Source: Callorhinchus milii (lineage: Eukaryota). From it: a stretch of 64,000 nucleotides of DNA. Shown here piece by piece: positions 1 to 12,426 of the stretch. The notes beneath the pieces were generated by a model. The model was not told the origin of the DNA. It worked only from the letters and a program-made list of their open reading frames with translations, and did no database searches. Location of the stretch: positions 121,026,001-121,090,000 of the forward strand of contig NW_024704742.1 of NCBI RefSeq assembly GCF_018977255.1. Reading direction: 5' to 3'. Position 1 is the stretch's first letter. Every line of letters begins with the position of its first letter. Position numbers and translations under genes: made by a program.

Positions 1-3000
1 AGAAGGAAAGAAAGATGGTCTTAACTAAATAAATTGCTTTGAAGAAAAAGAAAAGATCCTCCATCAGAACTGTCCCAACACTTTGCACACATTTAATCTG
101 GTTAACCTCTGAGATCAATTGAGGATACAATTTCGATGAAAGTGAGATTGCATTCAACAATGCAACAACAGGTTCCCCAGCTGAATTGTTCAACCTCACA
201 CACTGGTACTAGAAAATGCAATACAGCTCCAATCTCTGTAAGGTATATAAACTGTCCAGACGGTAAAGCAAATTATGAACAGATATCTCCTGCGAGTTTT
301 CAAATAAATATGCCACTATACTCATTCCGGTCTGGCTCCAGAAGAGCTCCAGATAATATCTTTCACACCTCTCACTCTTATTGTTGGGCAATGCTAAGCT
401 GACAAGTCAGTAGAGAGGGCTCCCTCTGAAAGCAAGACATGCGATACTTCATTGAAAACCTGGTAAGTTGTGTTGATAACGGTTGGTAGATTTGGGGGGA
501 AAACAAATTCTGTAAACAGGATGGCATTAAGCTTCATTGAAAACTTCCTGGTTTGCTTTAATCTTAGAGGAGTGATCAAGCCATACAGAATGCCACATAT
601 GCACGCCATCTACAAATGGAAATATACTCATGTACTATATCTAGTTTTCTTTTTACACAGTCAAATGTTATTCTTTGTAGTTTAACTGATCTAATTTTGT
701 ATTTTAATTATTCAAGATACTGTAGTTCCTTATATTTGCATGGATGTGCCTCATTGGGCGTAATGAGGATTCAACTTGTATTGATTAAATGTTTCCTTTG
801 AAGGGTATTTGTTCAAGTGGTACATTTACACACTAGTGGGTTTTGAATAATCCAAGCACTGTGAAATGAAATGGCAATCACACACTTTCTAGCTTCCAGC
901 TGCAAAGGGAGAACCACAAGGTACAACCAAAGCCAAGAATGTGTGATATAAGAGGTGTGGAAATTCAGGAAAGTTGTCTGCAATAGAAAAGGACATGGAC
1001 CAAAATAAGAGGAAAAATAATGAAGCTAAGAAAGAGCAGTGAGCTGACTTAGTCCTCTCTAAAATAGTTTTTCTTAATGCCTTGAAGTATAAGATGGCCA
1101 AGATTTTACTGCTGGTATCAACTTCAGGTCTAGATACAAACATCAGTATTCTCAATCGAACAAAGGTGTCAGCATCAATATTAACATGATGAATTGAAAA
1201 GTTTGACAACTGCAGACGTGATACTGTAATGGACAGAAGTCTAACCTGTTTAACCCCAAGACTTGCTCAACACTGAATTAAATGCAAACCAACAAAATGG
1301 ACAGTATTTTGAAAATCTTAGTGACAAAAAAACACAAACTCCAAAACCCAAAGGAATACCAAGTTTGTTTAGCTGACAAATATGGCAATTAATAGCTCAA
1401 CCTTCCTTTCAGGAACCTGTTGTTTGCCTAAATAATTGAAGGCCTATATCCACAATCCTTCCTCAAGTTGGCAGCGTGTAAAAAGGTTACCATTACGTGA
1501 ATTGCTGGAATCACAGAGAAACAACCAGCGTCAGTGCGTGCCTACATATGTACGTGCTCTGTGTCGCATGATGCTACTTTGACTCGGCGGACACCAGGTA
1601 TAACTGCAGCGAAAAACGCAAAACTGAAAATAAATCATGAAAGATAGGAGATGCACAAGAACAAATATGCCCATGTCACTCCTAGTTGCAAGACCTTTCC
1701 AATGAGGTATCTTGTCTCTCTGTCAATCGGTTATTGAGATCCTTCTTGAAGCACAGACAGACACTGTTGTTTTATTAGATTTATCCACAGAAACCTGGCT
1801 CCTCAAAATGATAGGAATGAATTGATTCTCCTTCACAACTGTAGGTACCATCATATTTTAAACTAGTCTGGTTTATCACAAAAACAATATAGTGACTATC
1901 TGTAAACTGGAATTTTCATATTTCTGACAAATTCTATCCACAAAATATAGGACTGCTGCCTCTTCAATCCTCACCTCTGCTGACTCCCTGATGTTGAAAC
2001 TGTAAAATATTTTTTAAAAAAACTATCACTATGAATACATGGACAGAGAAGTTTTTTTTGTTTAAATTCATTCATCTGACTCAAAGGCAAGAGTCCTACC
2101 AAATGAGACAGGTTGACAACTAAACCACTTACAATTACTGAAGATAAAGCATAAAATGAAACTGAATCAAACATCCTTCCCAACATAACCGCAATAATTA
2201 ATTTTTCAGAGCAAACCAATTGAACGGGGATAAACACCTTAAAAAGAATAACGAAGATAGAATAACTCAGATAGCAGTCATTCTTCTCCAGCCATAACAA
2301 GTTGCAAATGCAATATTTTTTGCTCAATATGTAGTTAGTTTCAAATCATATTCAGCACCAGCAGAATGAGAACAGAGTAGAATATGTTATCTGAATTAAT
2401 GTTTAGACTGCACACATTTCAAGATTAGCTCTTTCCTATAGCTGGCTTTATTCTTTTCATAGTTTCAAACAGTTATTAATGCTCAATTTAGCTGCCGATA
2501 ACATGGCAAATAAGCTTTCACTACAGAATAATTTTGCAATAGGAAACTAGAATTGTTCACAGGGAGGGGGAAAAGAGAAGAGGAATAAAACTATAGAGCT
2601 CAAAATTACACCAAAAATATTCAGCACAATACCAATGAATTGTTTTGAAGGTTTTAACAAATATGGAAGTTGTTATCAATCTACAAGGTAAATATAGCTT
2701 AACTTTAGTTTGCTACTACAGTAGAACTTTCTAAATTAGTCAGCAAAATACGTAGCTGTTATGTCCAGTTTACATTTCATTCACCCCTTCATCTATGGAA
2801 AATCTTGAAAATGTATAGCATCTCTATAGTATCTCATTAACTATTCTTTTTTGGTGGGGGGGTGGGGGGGGGGGCGAAGAAAGAGGTGAGTGAGGGGTGT
2901 GTATTTGGAGCCAAGCTGGCTTCAAGATGATGTGCTTGGCCATGGAACGTTAGAATCAAGTCAATTCTCTGTGCTAATCTGGGTAATTCGGTTCCTAATA

Positions 3001-3759
3001 CAAAGGTGTCTGCAATACTCCCGGCATTGTTAATGACAGCTTGTCTCATTGTGCTCTCAATGCAAAGCTATGCAGTTTCAGGTGACTGAACTCCAAAAGC
3101 ACTCCCAATGCACTTTCTTGTTCTCAAGTCTTGGCTCTCATCAACCTGTGTCCAATACTCTCTAAAATTAGGTAAGCCCCTCTGGGGGAGAGTGTGCATT
3201 CCAATCCAGAAATAGGGAAAATTCCGTATGTACGTGGAATACACATGTGGAAGTCTCAGTCTGGTTTGTATACTCTTCAGCAAGGTGATGGATTTCCATA
3301 TGTGTCAGACATCCAGCTGACCAAGAAAAAACATGCAGTGCAACTTTTACATCAACGATATTTACATTTTAAATCTAACTTTTTCAAAACCTCTCAACCA
3401 ATATATTATGCAGTATCATAGATAGTTTTGAATGCGATATTTAATAGGCAAATCTTTCAAAAGGGACATAAAAATTATTGTACATGGCATAATCTCCCTA
3501 GTAAGCAATGTTAAACTAACGACGCCAGATCAAAATTAAAGCAAATGTCAGATTATTACAATCCCATAAATAAAGCACATCGCAATAACCAACTTAATTT
3601 AAATGCTATGATTCAGATTCTTAAAATGTAATCAATTCAAACAGCTTGCATTCATTCACAATTCGTGACTAAATTCTACAGCTACAGGAGTTAATTAAAA
3701 ACAAGCCATGTATAAAAATGAACTTTACTCTCGTAAGACCAGAGCCAGAATGTATTGCG

Positions 3760-4215
3760 GTGATGGAGCTTTCCATGGGAGATGGGAAAGAAGAATGAGT
3801 TGGGCAGGGATTACAGGGGGTAGCGATTCTTCACACTCAATTCCGGTTAATATGCTCTGACAATCAGTCTGTCAGGACAGCAATAGTCCTGGAGGCAATG
3901 GCATAAGTAGTTGGGTGTCATCTGCATACATATGGAAGTCCTCCCATGCCTGCAGATGTCACCAAAGGGGAGTATGTAGATGAGGATAAGAAAAGGCACT
4001 GGGGATAGAGCACTGAGGCACACAGACTTGCCTGAGTAAGGGGTGAGCAGTAATTAGAAGGGACATCGTGACAACACTGGAGCAGGTAGAAGTGAAACCA
4101 GGAAATCGCAGAGTCAGGAAAATGGACCAGTATGGAGAGATGATGGAGGAGGGTAGAGTGGTCAATGTGCCAAGGGTGACAGAAACGTTGAAGAGGACAA
4201 GGAGGCCTGGTTGAA
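3760..4215 (-). mobile_element. Old L2 RT fragment
   Basis: Reverse complement contains a [18 protein letters not shown] segment (gggtgtcatctgcatacatatggaag on +). Confidence 0.75.
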
Positions 4216-5864
4216 GTCATATAAGTTAACCTCAATTACCTTCCATATGGAAACCAATCCTTATTATTTTCTGTTTTATTCCTATCACTTAAAATAATAA
4301 CTTCCATTTTGATCTCCTTATTCAATCCTTAAAATTCAGTTTCAATTTAATTGATGGTTTATTTTTAAAGAGGGAGCTTAGGACTAGCCTTAACAACAAC
4401 AAATTACATTTATAATGCGTCTTTCACTTCGGGAAGATGACTAAAGGCTCGTCAGTACGAATTGGAGAGCTGAGTTGGAATTAGGGCTTGATTTGCATTA
4501 CCAGGGACTGAAAGTTCTTTTGACCATCTCCTTCTGATCGTAAAGGAACTTTAGACTTTTAAGTGCCTAATTTGTTCTGTCTGTGTATGGAGTATCGTGG
4601 CCATTAACATTAAAAAGGCTAACCACATTCTGAATCACTCTTCTGCTGAAAATGATGAATGGCTACAGCAGTATAAATGGGACATTAATGAGATTCAAGA
4701 GCCTGAATTGTCAAAAGTGTAACTAAGAGATAAGGTGACCCATTTCAACCTTCTTTTAGAATTCAACCAACGAAATGCATTAATGTTAAAATTTCAACTC
4801 CTACCTACCCACAAGGAAACTGTGTTCCACACTGCTTTTTTTCCCTCCATCATTAGGAGGTTGAAGTTGTGTCATAGATCTAGATAAAGTACTGGGGAGA
4901 GGGGTGAAATTATGTTGGTCAGTGAAGAAACCTACCGACATACACCAGCAGTCCCCTATAAAGGGGAAATTCTATTATAACTGCCAAGGTCATTAACTTT
5001 ATTCACCAACAGAAGTGTGTGCCCTAAGTGATAGTGCTGAATGCAACATTTGATATAAATTCCTCAGACTCGGTCCAATTGATTTTCAATTCTGTCTATA
5101 AATTTCAATATCAGTGAATGTAAAAGAGAGCATTTCTTTATCTCCCATGAAAATCATGCTATTAAATTGAGGATTTTCCACCCCTATGTTGCGATTCTTC
5201 AGTTTTCCATTTGAATTGCTCTCTTCTATTGTGTCATCGGATTTTATTAATCCTACTACTGTATTCTCTATTCTCTGTGTACGACTAAACTACCAATCTT
5301 TCTCTTAGTTTCTTCTCTTAATATTTTGCTTCTTTTTACTTCCATTTTGCTCAGTACTTTAATATACAGTAATTGTCCTATTTTCTCCTTCCCTGACCTG
5401 TAGCCAAAACCATCTCTTTCGGCTTTTTCCTCCCAACTGCAAGTATCCTTTATTTTCCATTACCTTAATCTGTTCTCTTCAACTTGTTCTATATCTCCAA
5501 TATCAGCTCCTACCGTAATGCACAACAAGATATGGAACTTCCAGGAAAGTTGCACAATTCAGCAAGACCCTTGGGATGTTTCTGAAAGTGCTTTTTTTTA
5601 ATTTATAAAATACAGTAAATGTCATAACTTGTCACTACCACTTAAATCATCATTTATTATGTACACTCCTGATAGCTCTTCACTCCAAGGGAAAAGGGCT
5701 CAATGATGAATTATCTCAAGTGGTGAGTTAGGCATATGTATAGATACATTTAATAAAATGCTGCTGGGATAGTGATAGGATAAGGACTTCAGGGTTAGAG
5801 ACAAGTAAAACCAGGGTTGGAAGTTATTGGAAGTTTACTGTAATTATCCAATGGGTAACTTTGT

Positions 5865-8800
5865 GCCAACCCACCATGGTCCTGTTGGGTTGGCTGCCCC
5901 AGCCCCAGCCTATGGGCTAATGCCATCCACCTGACCGCTCGCTCCCGGTCCCCGCGTGCGCATTATGGCTGACGCTCTGACCCAAGTCCCCTCACCCCCT
6001 CCCTTCCCCTTCCTCTCTTCCCCCAAACCCTCCCCCCTCTGCATCTCTCCCGCTCTGTCCTCTCTCTCCGTCCCTCTCGCCTTCCATACCCACCTTGACC
6101 CTCCCACAACCTCTCTCTGTTCCAGCCTGGGAATCCTCCGCCGGCCGGGCTCACAGTGGCACTCGGCGTTGGCTGTCCAGCAGCAGCCACACCGACTGCC
6201 CCATTCCCCACCACACTCGCCAGCCACCCCGGACACACACCTGGGGAGCCAACCTCTCCTCCCTCATCACAATTCCCCCCACCCCTGCCTCACAACCTGG
6301 AACCCCCTCTCTCCCCACACACCCTTCTGTCAACCGCTACCTCCACATCGGACTACAAAACGTCCGCTCCCTCTGTAACAAGGCCCTGGTCATCAACGAT
6401 CTCATCCTTGATGAGAGCGTTGACATCATGGCCTTAACGGAAACCTGGCTCACCCCAGGCGACACCTTCCCCCTCACGGAGGCCACACCACCCGGCTACA
6501 CCTCCCACCACATCCCTCGCCCCAACCACCGTGGCGGTGGTGTAGCCCTTATCTCAAGGACACCACTTGCCCTATCCCCCTACTCCTCTGGCTCTTTCCC
6601 CTCCTTTGAGCACCTCACCCTCTCCCACCCCTCCTTCCTCTCACTCAAAATCCTCCTCCTCTACCGGCCCCCTAAAACCTCTCCCACCTTCATCTCCGAT
6701 ATTTCTACCCTACTTGCATCTCTCTGCCTCTGCTCTGATCGCCTCATCATCCTGGGCGACTTCAACCTGTACTTCACCCCCTCCTGCTCCATCTCCTCGG
6801 ACTTCTCCTCCTCCTCTCCTCGCTCAACCTCTCCCTCCACATCAACTCCCCCACTCACAGTCACGGCCACCCACTCGATTTGGTGATCACCCGGGGCCTC
6901 AGTGTCTCGGATGTCACCATTACCGACAAGGCCGTCTCCGATCACCACTTCATCTCCTTCACCACCTCCACCCCCCTCCCCACCTCCACCAGACCCACCA
7001 CCATCTTCTACTGCTCCTGGAAGAAGTTACCCCCACAATCCCTAACCACTGCTTTGGAGTCCTCTGAATTCCTCTCCCTCTGGCCTTCAACCCTCAGTGA
7101 CCCCTCTTCTGCTCTCACCCTCCTCCACAACACCCTCTCCTCCGCACTCGACACTCTTGCCCCCATCACCTCCCGTACTGTCTCCTACTCTCGCTTCTCC
7201 CCCTGGTTCACCACCCACCTCCGCTCACTGAAGATCCAGGTGCGGGCTGCTGAACGCACCTGCCTCAACCTCCTCAAAATCTACCGCTCCACTCTAGCCT
7301 CGGCCAAGTCGTCCTTCTACTCCAGGATAATCCTGGAGGCGAAGAACAACCCCAGGCTTTTGTTTTCTACCACATCCCGACTCCTCCGTCCACTCCGCCA
7401 CAGTCATCTCCTCCAACCTTCACTGCGAGGAGATGCTGGATTTCCTTGAATCCAAAATCAAGGGAATCCAGCCACACTCCGACTCCTACCCATCCTCCCC
7501 TTTGAACCCGTTTCCCCACCCTCTGTCACCAACCTTATCCTGTCCCTGAAACCCACCACCTGCTCCCTTGACCCCATCCCCACTCCACTCCTTATCTCTC
7601 AGCTCCACCTCCTTGCCCCACTTATCACAGACATCATCAACCTGTCCCTCTCCTCTGGCTCTGTTCCCATTCCCCTAAAAACTGCCACCATCACTCCCAC
7701 TTTGAAAAAACCCTCCCTTGATGCGTCGCAGCTATCAAGCTACCGGCCCATCTCCAACCTCCCCTTCCTGTCCAAGGTCCTTGAAAGAGTTGTCGCCTCC
7801 CAGCTGCGCTCTTTCCTCTCCACCCATGCATTATTCGAACCCCTTCAGTCGGGTTTCCGTGCTGCCCATAGCACAGAAACCGCCCTGGTCAAGGTCACCA
7901 ATGACATCTTGACCATCTGCGACCAGGGCTCCCTCTGCCTCCTCATCCTCTCGGCAGCATTCGATACGGTCAACCACGCTATCCTCCTCCACCGCTTGTC
8001 CTCCCACCTCAACCTTCAAGGCCCTGTCCTTAAGTGGTTTAGGTCCGACCTCTCCCACTGTCTTCATTTTGTTTCCACAAACGGCTTCTCCTCCACCCCC
8101 CGCTCTGTCTCATGCGGTGTCTCTCAGGGCTCTGTCCTCGGTCCCCTCCTCTTCACCCTCTATATGCTCCCCCTTGGTGACATCATCCACAGATATGGGG
8201 TTAACTTCCACATGTATGCGGATGACACCCAACTCTACCTTTCCTCCTCTACCCTCAACTCCACAACTTTCTTCAGCTCAACGTGAGCAAAACTGAGGCC
8301 CTCCTGATTGGCTCACGTCAGCGCCTCCGCACCTCAGGCGCTGACAGCATCAGCATCCAAGGCTGCACTCTCCACCTCTCAAAGCCAGTCAGGAACCTCG
8401 GGGTTCTGTTCGACCCTGAGCTGTCCTTTCTCCCTCATATCCGCACTGCAACTGGCACCGCCTTCCATCACCTCCGGAATGTCGCCAGACTACGGCACTA
8501 CCTCACCCCTCACGCTGCTGAAACCCTAGTTCACGCCTTTATCACCTCAAGGCTGGACTATGGGAACTCTCTCCTCGCCGGCCTTCCCGCCACCTCCCTC
8601 CACAAGCTGCAGGTCATTCAGAACTCTGCAGCTCGTGTACTGTCCCGCACCAGGCTTCGGGACCACATCACTCCCACCCTCGCTCGCCTCCACTGGCTCC
8701 CCATCCCCCAGAGGATCGAATTCAAGATCCTCATCCTCACCTACAAGGCCATTCACGGCCTTGCTCCCTCCTACCTCTCCGACCTACTATCCCCCTACCT

Positions 8801-9201
8801 ACCTGCCCGTACCCTCCGTTCCTCTGGCTCCGGTCTGCTCCACATCCCCCGCCCCAACCGCCCTACCATCGGTGGCCGGGCCTTCAGCCTCTCAGCCCCC
8901 AGGCTCTGGAACTCTATCCCCCAGTGCCTTCGCCGCCTCCTCCCTTTCCTCCTTCAAGGCCGGTCTCAAGACCTTTCTCTTTGACCGTGCCTTCAGCTCC
9001 CCTCTCGACTCTCTACCCCCTCCTCGCTCCCTCCCTTCCCTCCCCTCACCCTGACCATTTCCCCCTCCTCGCTCCCTCCCTCCCCTCACCCTGACCATTT
9101 CCCCCCTCCTCGGGTCCTGACCCAACTGTCCAGCGCCTTGGGACGTCCTCCCGACGTGAAAGGCGCTCTATAAATGGAATCTTGTTGTTGTTGTTGCTGT
9201 T
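5865..9201 (+). mobile_element. L2-clade LINE, near full length, degenerate (APE endonuclease + reverse transcriptase)
   Basis: ORF fragments carry APE motifs (LQNVRSL, DIMALTETWL, GGGVAL, LYRPP, ILGDFN) and RT motifs ([51 protein letters not shown]). 3' stem-loop and (TTG)n tail present; several frameshifts and deletions. The 5' boundary is approximate. Confidence 0.93.
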
Positions 9202-10292
9202 GATGCATCTCAAAGAAAAAACAAGTGGAAATACTAATGTATGTGAACAGAAATAGAGTGCTGTGCAAGTGTGGATTCAATCCAAGTATGGATTGAATGC
9301 CTAATTTATGGTATGGAAATAAAGCAATTTATGCTAGAATTAAATTTATAAGTGCATCATCCACTAAATACAATGATTTATTTAAAAGGAATCTACATAG
9401 CCTGCTTTACAGAGTTTCAGTCAATAGATTATTTGTCAGAAATGAATCATGCTCTGTTTGTTTTCATTTCAAGATCTTTTCTAAAACAATCAAAATGATA
9501 GAAATTTTGATTTCCAAGGAAAATGTATTTTTTACAGCAAAAGTATGGTCTCTGTAAACTTATTACAACAGTACATTTTGTCAATAACAAAATATGGAAT
9601 AGAATTGAATAATCGTCGGCCAATATATAAGATTATGAAGTGTTCTATACACATCATCCACTTTTAGTTTTGCAAAATTTAATTTCAGAACAATGAAAAA
9701 TTAGCTCACCATCTCACTTTCATAAGTCGATACTAATGATCTCATTACAATAAAAATGAAACTACTCTGACGATGGTATCTGTTGTTGTATCCAAGGCAT
9801 TCCACTTGGACACAAAGATCTCCAAACAACAAACAAAATTGCATTTGTATAGCGCCTTTCAAGTCAGAAGTATGAATTAGTGACCAAAAATTACAGCAGA
9901 ATATTAACTTCCACATTTAGTATTACACATTTAGTATTATTAAATAATCTATTCACTGAAAGCATTAATTAATGGATTTGGGATTACTCTCCACCCCCTC
10001 AGCTCCCAGCCCCAGCTCGGGTGCCTATCCAGCAATGTCAAATGTTTTGAGATGTCCTCCCAATATGAAAGCTGCTATATAAACATAAATCATATTGGAA
10101 ACTATCCAAAGCTCAACACCAAATACCCTTTTTATTTATACATTTTCATTCTTCCTGTCCTCCCCACACTCCCCCCAAAAAACAATTGATGGAAAATCTT
10201 AATGTAATATGGTATAGACAAACAGAACTGATATAAAAGATAGTAAACTATTTGTATTTCAGAAAAATAAATGTATGTGTGAAAACTCTTAC

Positions 10293-10782
10293 CTGATTTT
10301 GATTCAATGGTATTCAATTTACAAATAACCCCTGACACAGAACACGAGCACTTATTACATATTTGTGTGTTCGATCCATGCATCAATTTTGTACATAAAT
10401 ATCACCTTTATGAACACTAACAAACAAAAAAAATCACATTTGTATAGCGCCTTTCACGCGAAAGGACGTCCCAAGGTGCTGGACAATCAGTGTTTCGGAC
10501 CCAAGCTGAGGATTGGGATCGGGGAGGGTGGATGACGGGGGGGGAAAAGGAGGGTGATTGAAGGTATGGTTCAAGAAAATGCTTACTGAAACAATTATCC
10601 TTTAAGCATCATCGGAAATTATGAATTACTGTAAAATGTTCTGTGAAAGCTCAAGGAAGGAATATTTGTAATAAGAAAATATTTGACATTAATTGTGTTC
10701 AATCCAAAACAAATCTCATTTATGAGACGCACTTCTGTGTCAGGGGTTATTTGTAAATTGAATACCATTGAATCAAAATCAG
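10293..10782. repeat. Perfect 50-bp inverted repeat pair (10293-10342 / 10733-10782)
   Basis: ctgattttgattcaatggtattcaatttacaaataacccctgacacagaa and its exact reverse complement, 390 bp apart. Confidence 0.96.
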
Positions 10783-11892
10783 CCAACTACACCAGCAGTG
10801 ATTTGTAATGTGTAGCAGAGAGTCTCCTGATGTCCTGGCAAACAATTCACCAAATAAAATTAGTCATTCACATCATGGCTGTTTGTGGGTCATTGCTTTA
10901 CACAAATTGGCCGTGTTTGCCTATAAAATACCAGTCACTACACTTTACAGCATATCCTGTGAAGCACTTTGAAATGTCATCCCAGTATGAAAGGAGTGGT
11001 GTTAAATGTAAGGATTACCATAATTATTATAATAACTCGAAGAGGGGCAATAGACAGGATGCAGCAAACAATTTGGAATGGATATACAAAAATTTTAAAA
11101 TGTAAAATAATTACAGTTAGAAAAACACACAAGGTATGAGAAATCCAAGAGCACAACAAATATCAGGTGTCCTTAGGGAATCCATTAAAAATCACAGTAT
11201 ATTATTAAACTCAAATGAATTAAGAGGAGAGCATGGTAGAGATAGAAGTATCACTTTCAATATCCAAACATCATAGTAAAGTTAAAAAAAAACTTAAAGC
11301 TGAGACTTCACAATGCAATGGTCAGACTACACTCAGAAAACAATGTCCAGTGTTGATCAATACGCCATAATAAAAGGAATTACATCAGAAAATATCAGGA
11401 AAAGGACAACTGGACATCCAAGACATAAAGGAGATGAACAAAGAAGAAACATCTGAGAAACCAAATCTTCAGATTCTGCAAAGGCGGAATCTCAAAGTAC
11501 ATAAAATATTTAATGGCTACTGAATAGAAGGTTAACCCAGCCAAGCAGACTCATAAGATATAAATAGAAATTAGAAGAAAATTTTAAAATGCATTTACTG
11601 TGATAAATATTTGGAATAAGCAATGTCAGCAATATAATAAAGGCAAAAATAATGGGTTATTCAACATATAATTACAATAGATGTCACAAGTGTTAGAAAG
11701 GGAAGATACAGTATGTGACGGAGAGAGAGAGGAGAGATAGAGAGAGAGAGAAAATATAGAGTGTGAGAGTGCGTGTGAGAGATTCAGTGTATGACAGGGA
11801 GTGTGTGTGAGAGACACAGTAGTGGCTGAACTTTTGAGGGGGTAACAACATGTTCAAGCTTTCCAAATGTAAAAAGCTTTCACCACCAATAT

Positions 11893-12049
11893 CAGTGAGG
11901 ACGGACTTGTCAAAGGTGCTGCTATCCAGGTTGAAGATGAGGATGTTCCTCTACTCTCACCTTTCTTGTCCAGGCCACAGGCGATGGCAGCTCCTGTTGG
12001 CTCATTGACGATGCGGAGGAATGTTGAGCCCGGTGATCACTCCACCATC
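11893..12049 (-). pseudogene. HSP70-family (HSPA) pseudogene fragment, nucleotide-binding domain
   Basis: With two frameshifts the minus strand reads DGGVITGLNI/LRIVNEPTGAAIACGLDKKGESR/RNILIFNLDSSTFDKSVLT. This matches the HSP70 signature [48 protein letters not shown]. Confidence 0.9.
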
Positions 12050-12273
12050 CCAGCAAGTTGGGAACCTTGCTCCAGTCATGGATTCCCCTCCACTAGAAAT
12101 AGTTTCTCCCAATTTCCCTGTCAAAACCTCTCAGAACTTTATAGACCTCAATCAGGTCCCTCTCATCTTTCTCTTGCTCTTTCCTCTGCATCTTTCTCCA
12201 ATTTCCCCTCATAATGACCACTGAATCACTGTATCGAACAAACTGGTTTTGAGACAATTTTTTAAAAACTTAC

Positions 12274-12426
12274 CAAAACCCTCTGGGTCCTCCTCCCACA
12301 TGGCCAATTCCTCTGGAGTCAGAAGGAAATAATGAGATACCAGTCTTCGACAGATTTCAGTTAAAGTTGGATAGTTGAAGAAAGATATTTTTATCTTATG
12401 TGCCTCTAGTGTTTCAGGCTTGCTTT
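12274..12426 (-). CDS. IPO11: Importin-11, coding exon 10 (last exon visible; gene continues beyond position 1)
   Basis: (E)SKPETLEAHKIKISFFNYPTLTEICRRLVSHYFLLTPEELAMWEEDPEGF; tttcag acceptor, GTAAGT donor; 153 nt. The next expected exon (VEETGGDSWKYSLR-like) was not found in 1-12273. Confidence 0.97.

Noticed and set aside
136..1209. Short ORFs at the window start
   Set aside because: No recognisable domains and no match to the expected next IPO11 exon; intronic.
5910..9125. Pro/Ser-rich or Gly/Arg-rich ORFs as novel proteins
   Set aside because: They are alternative-frame and antisense shadows of the C-rich L2 element; the same applies to 29181-34255.
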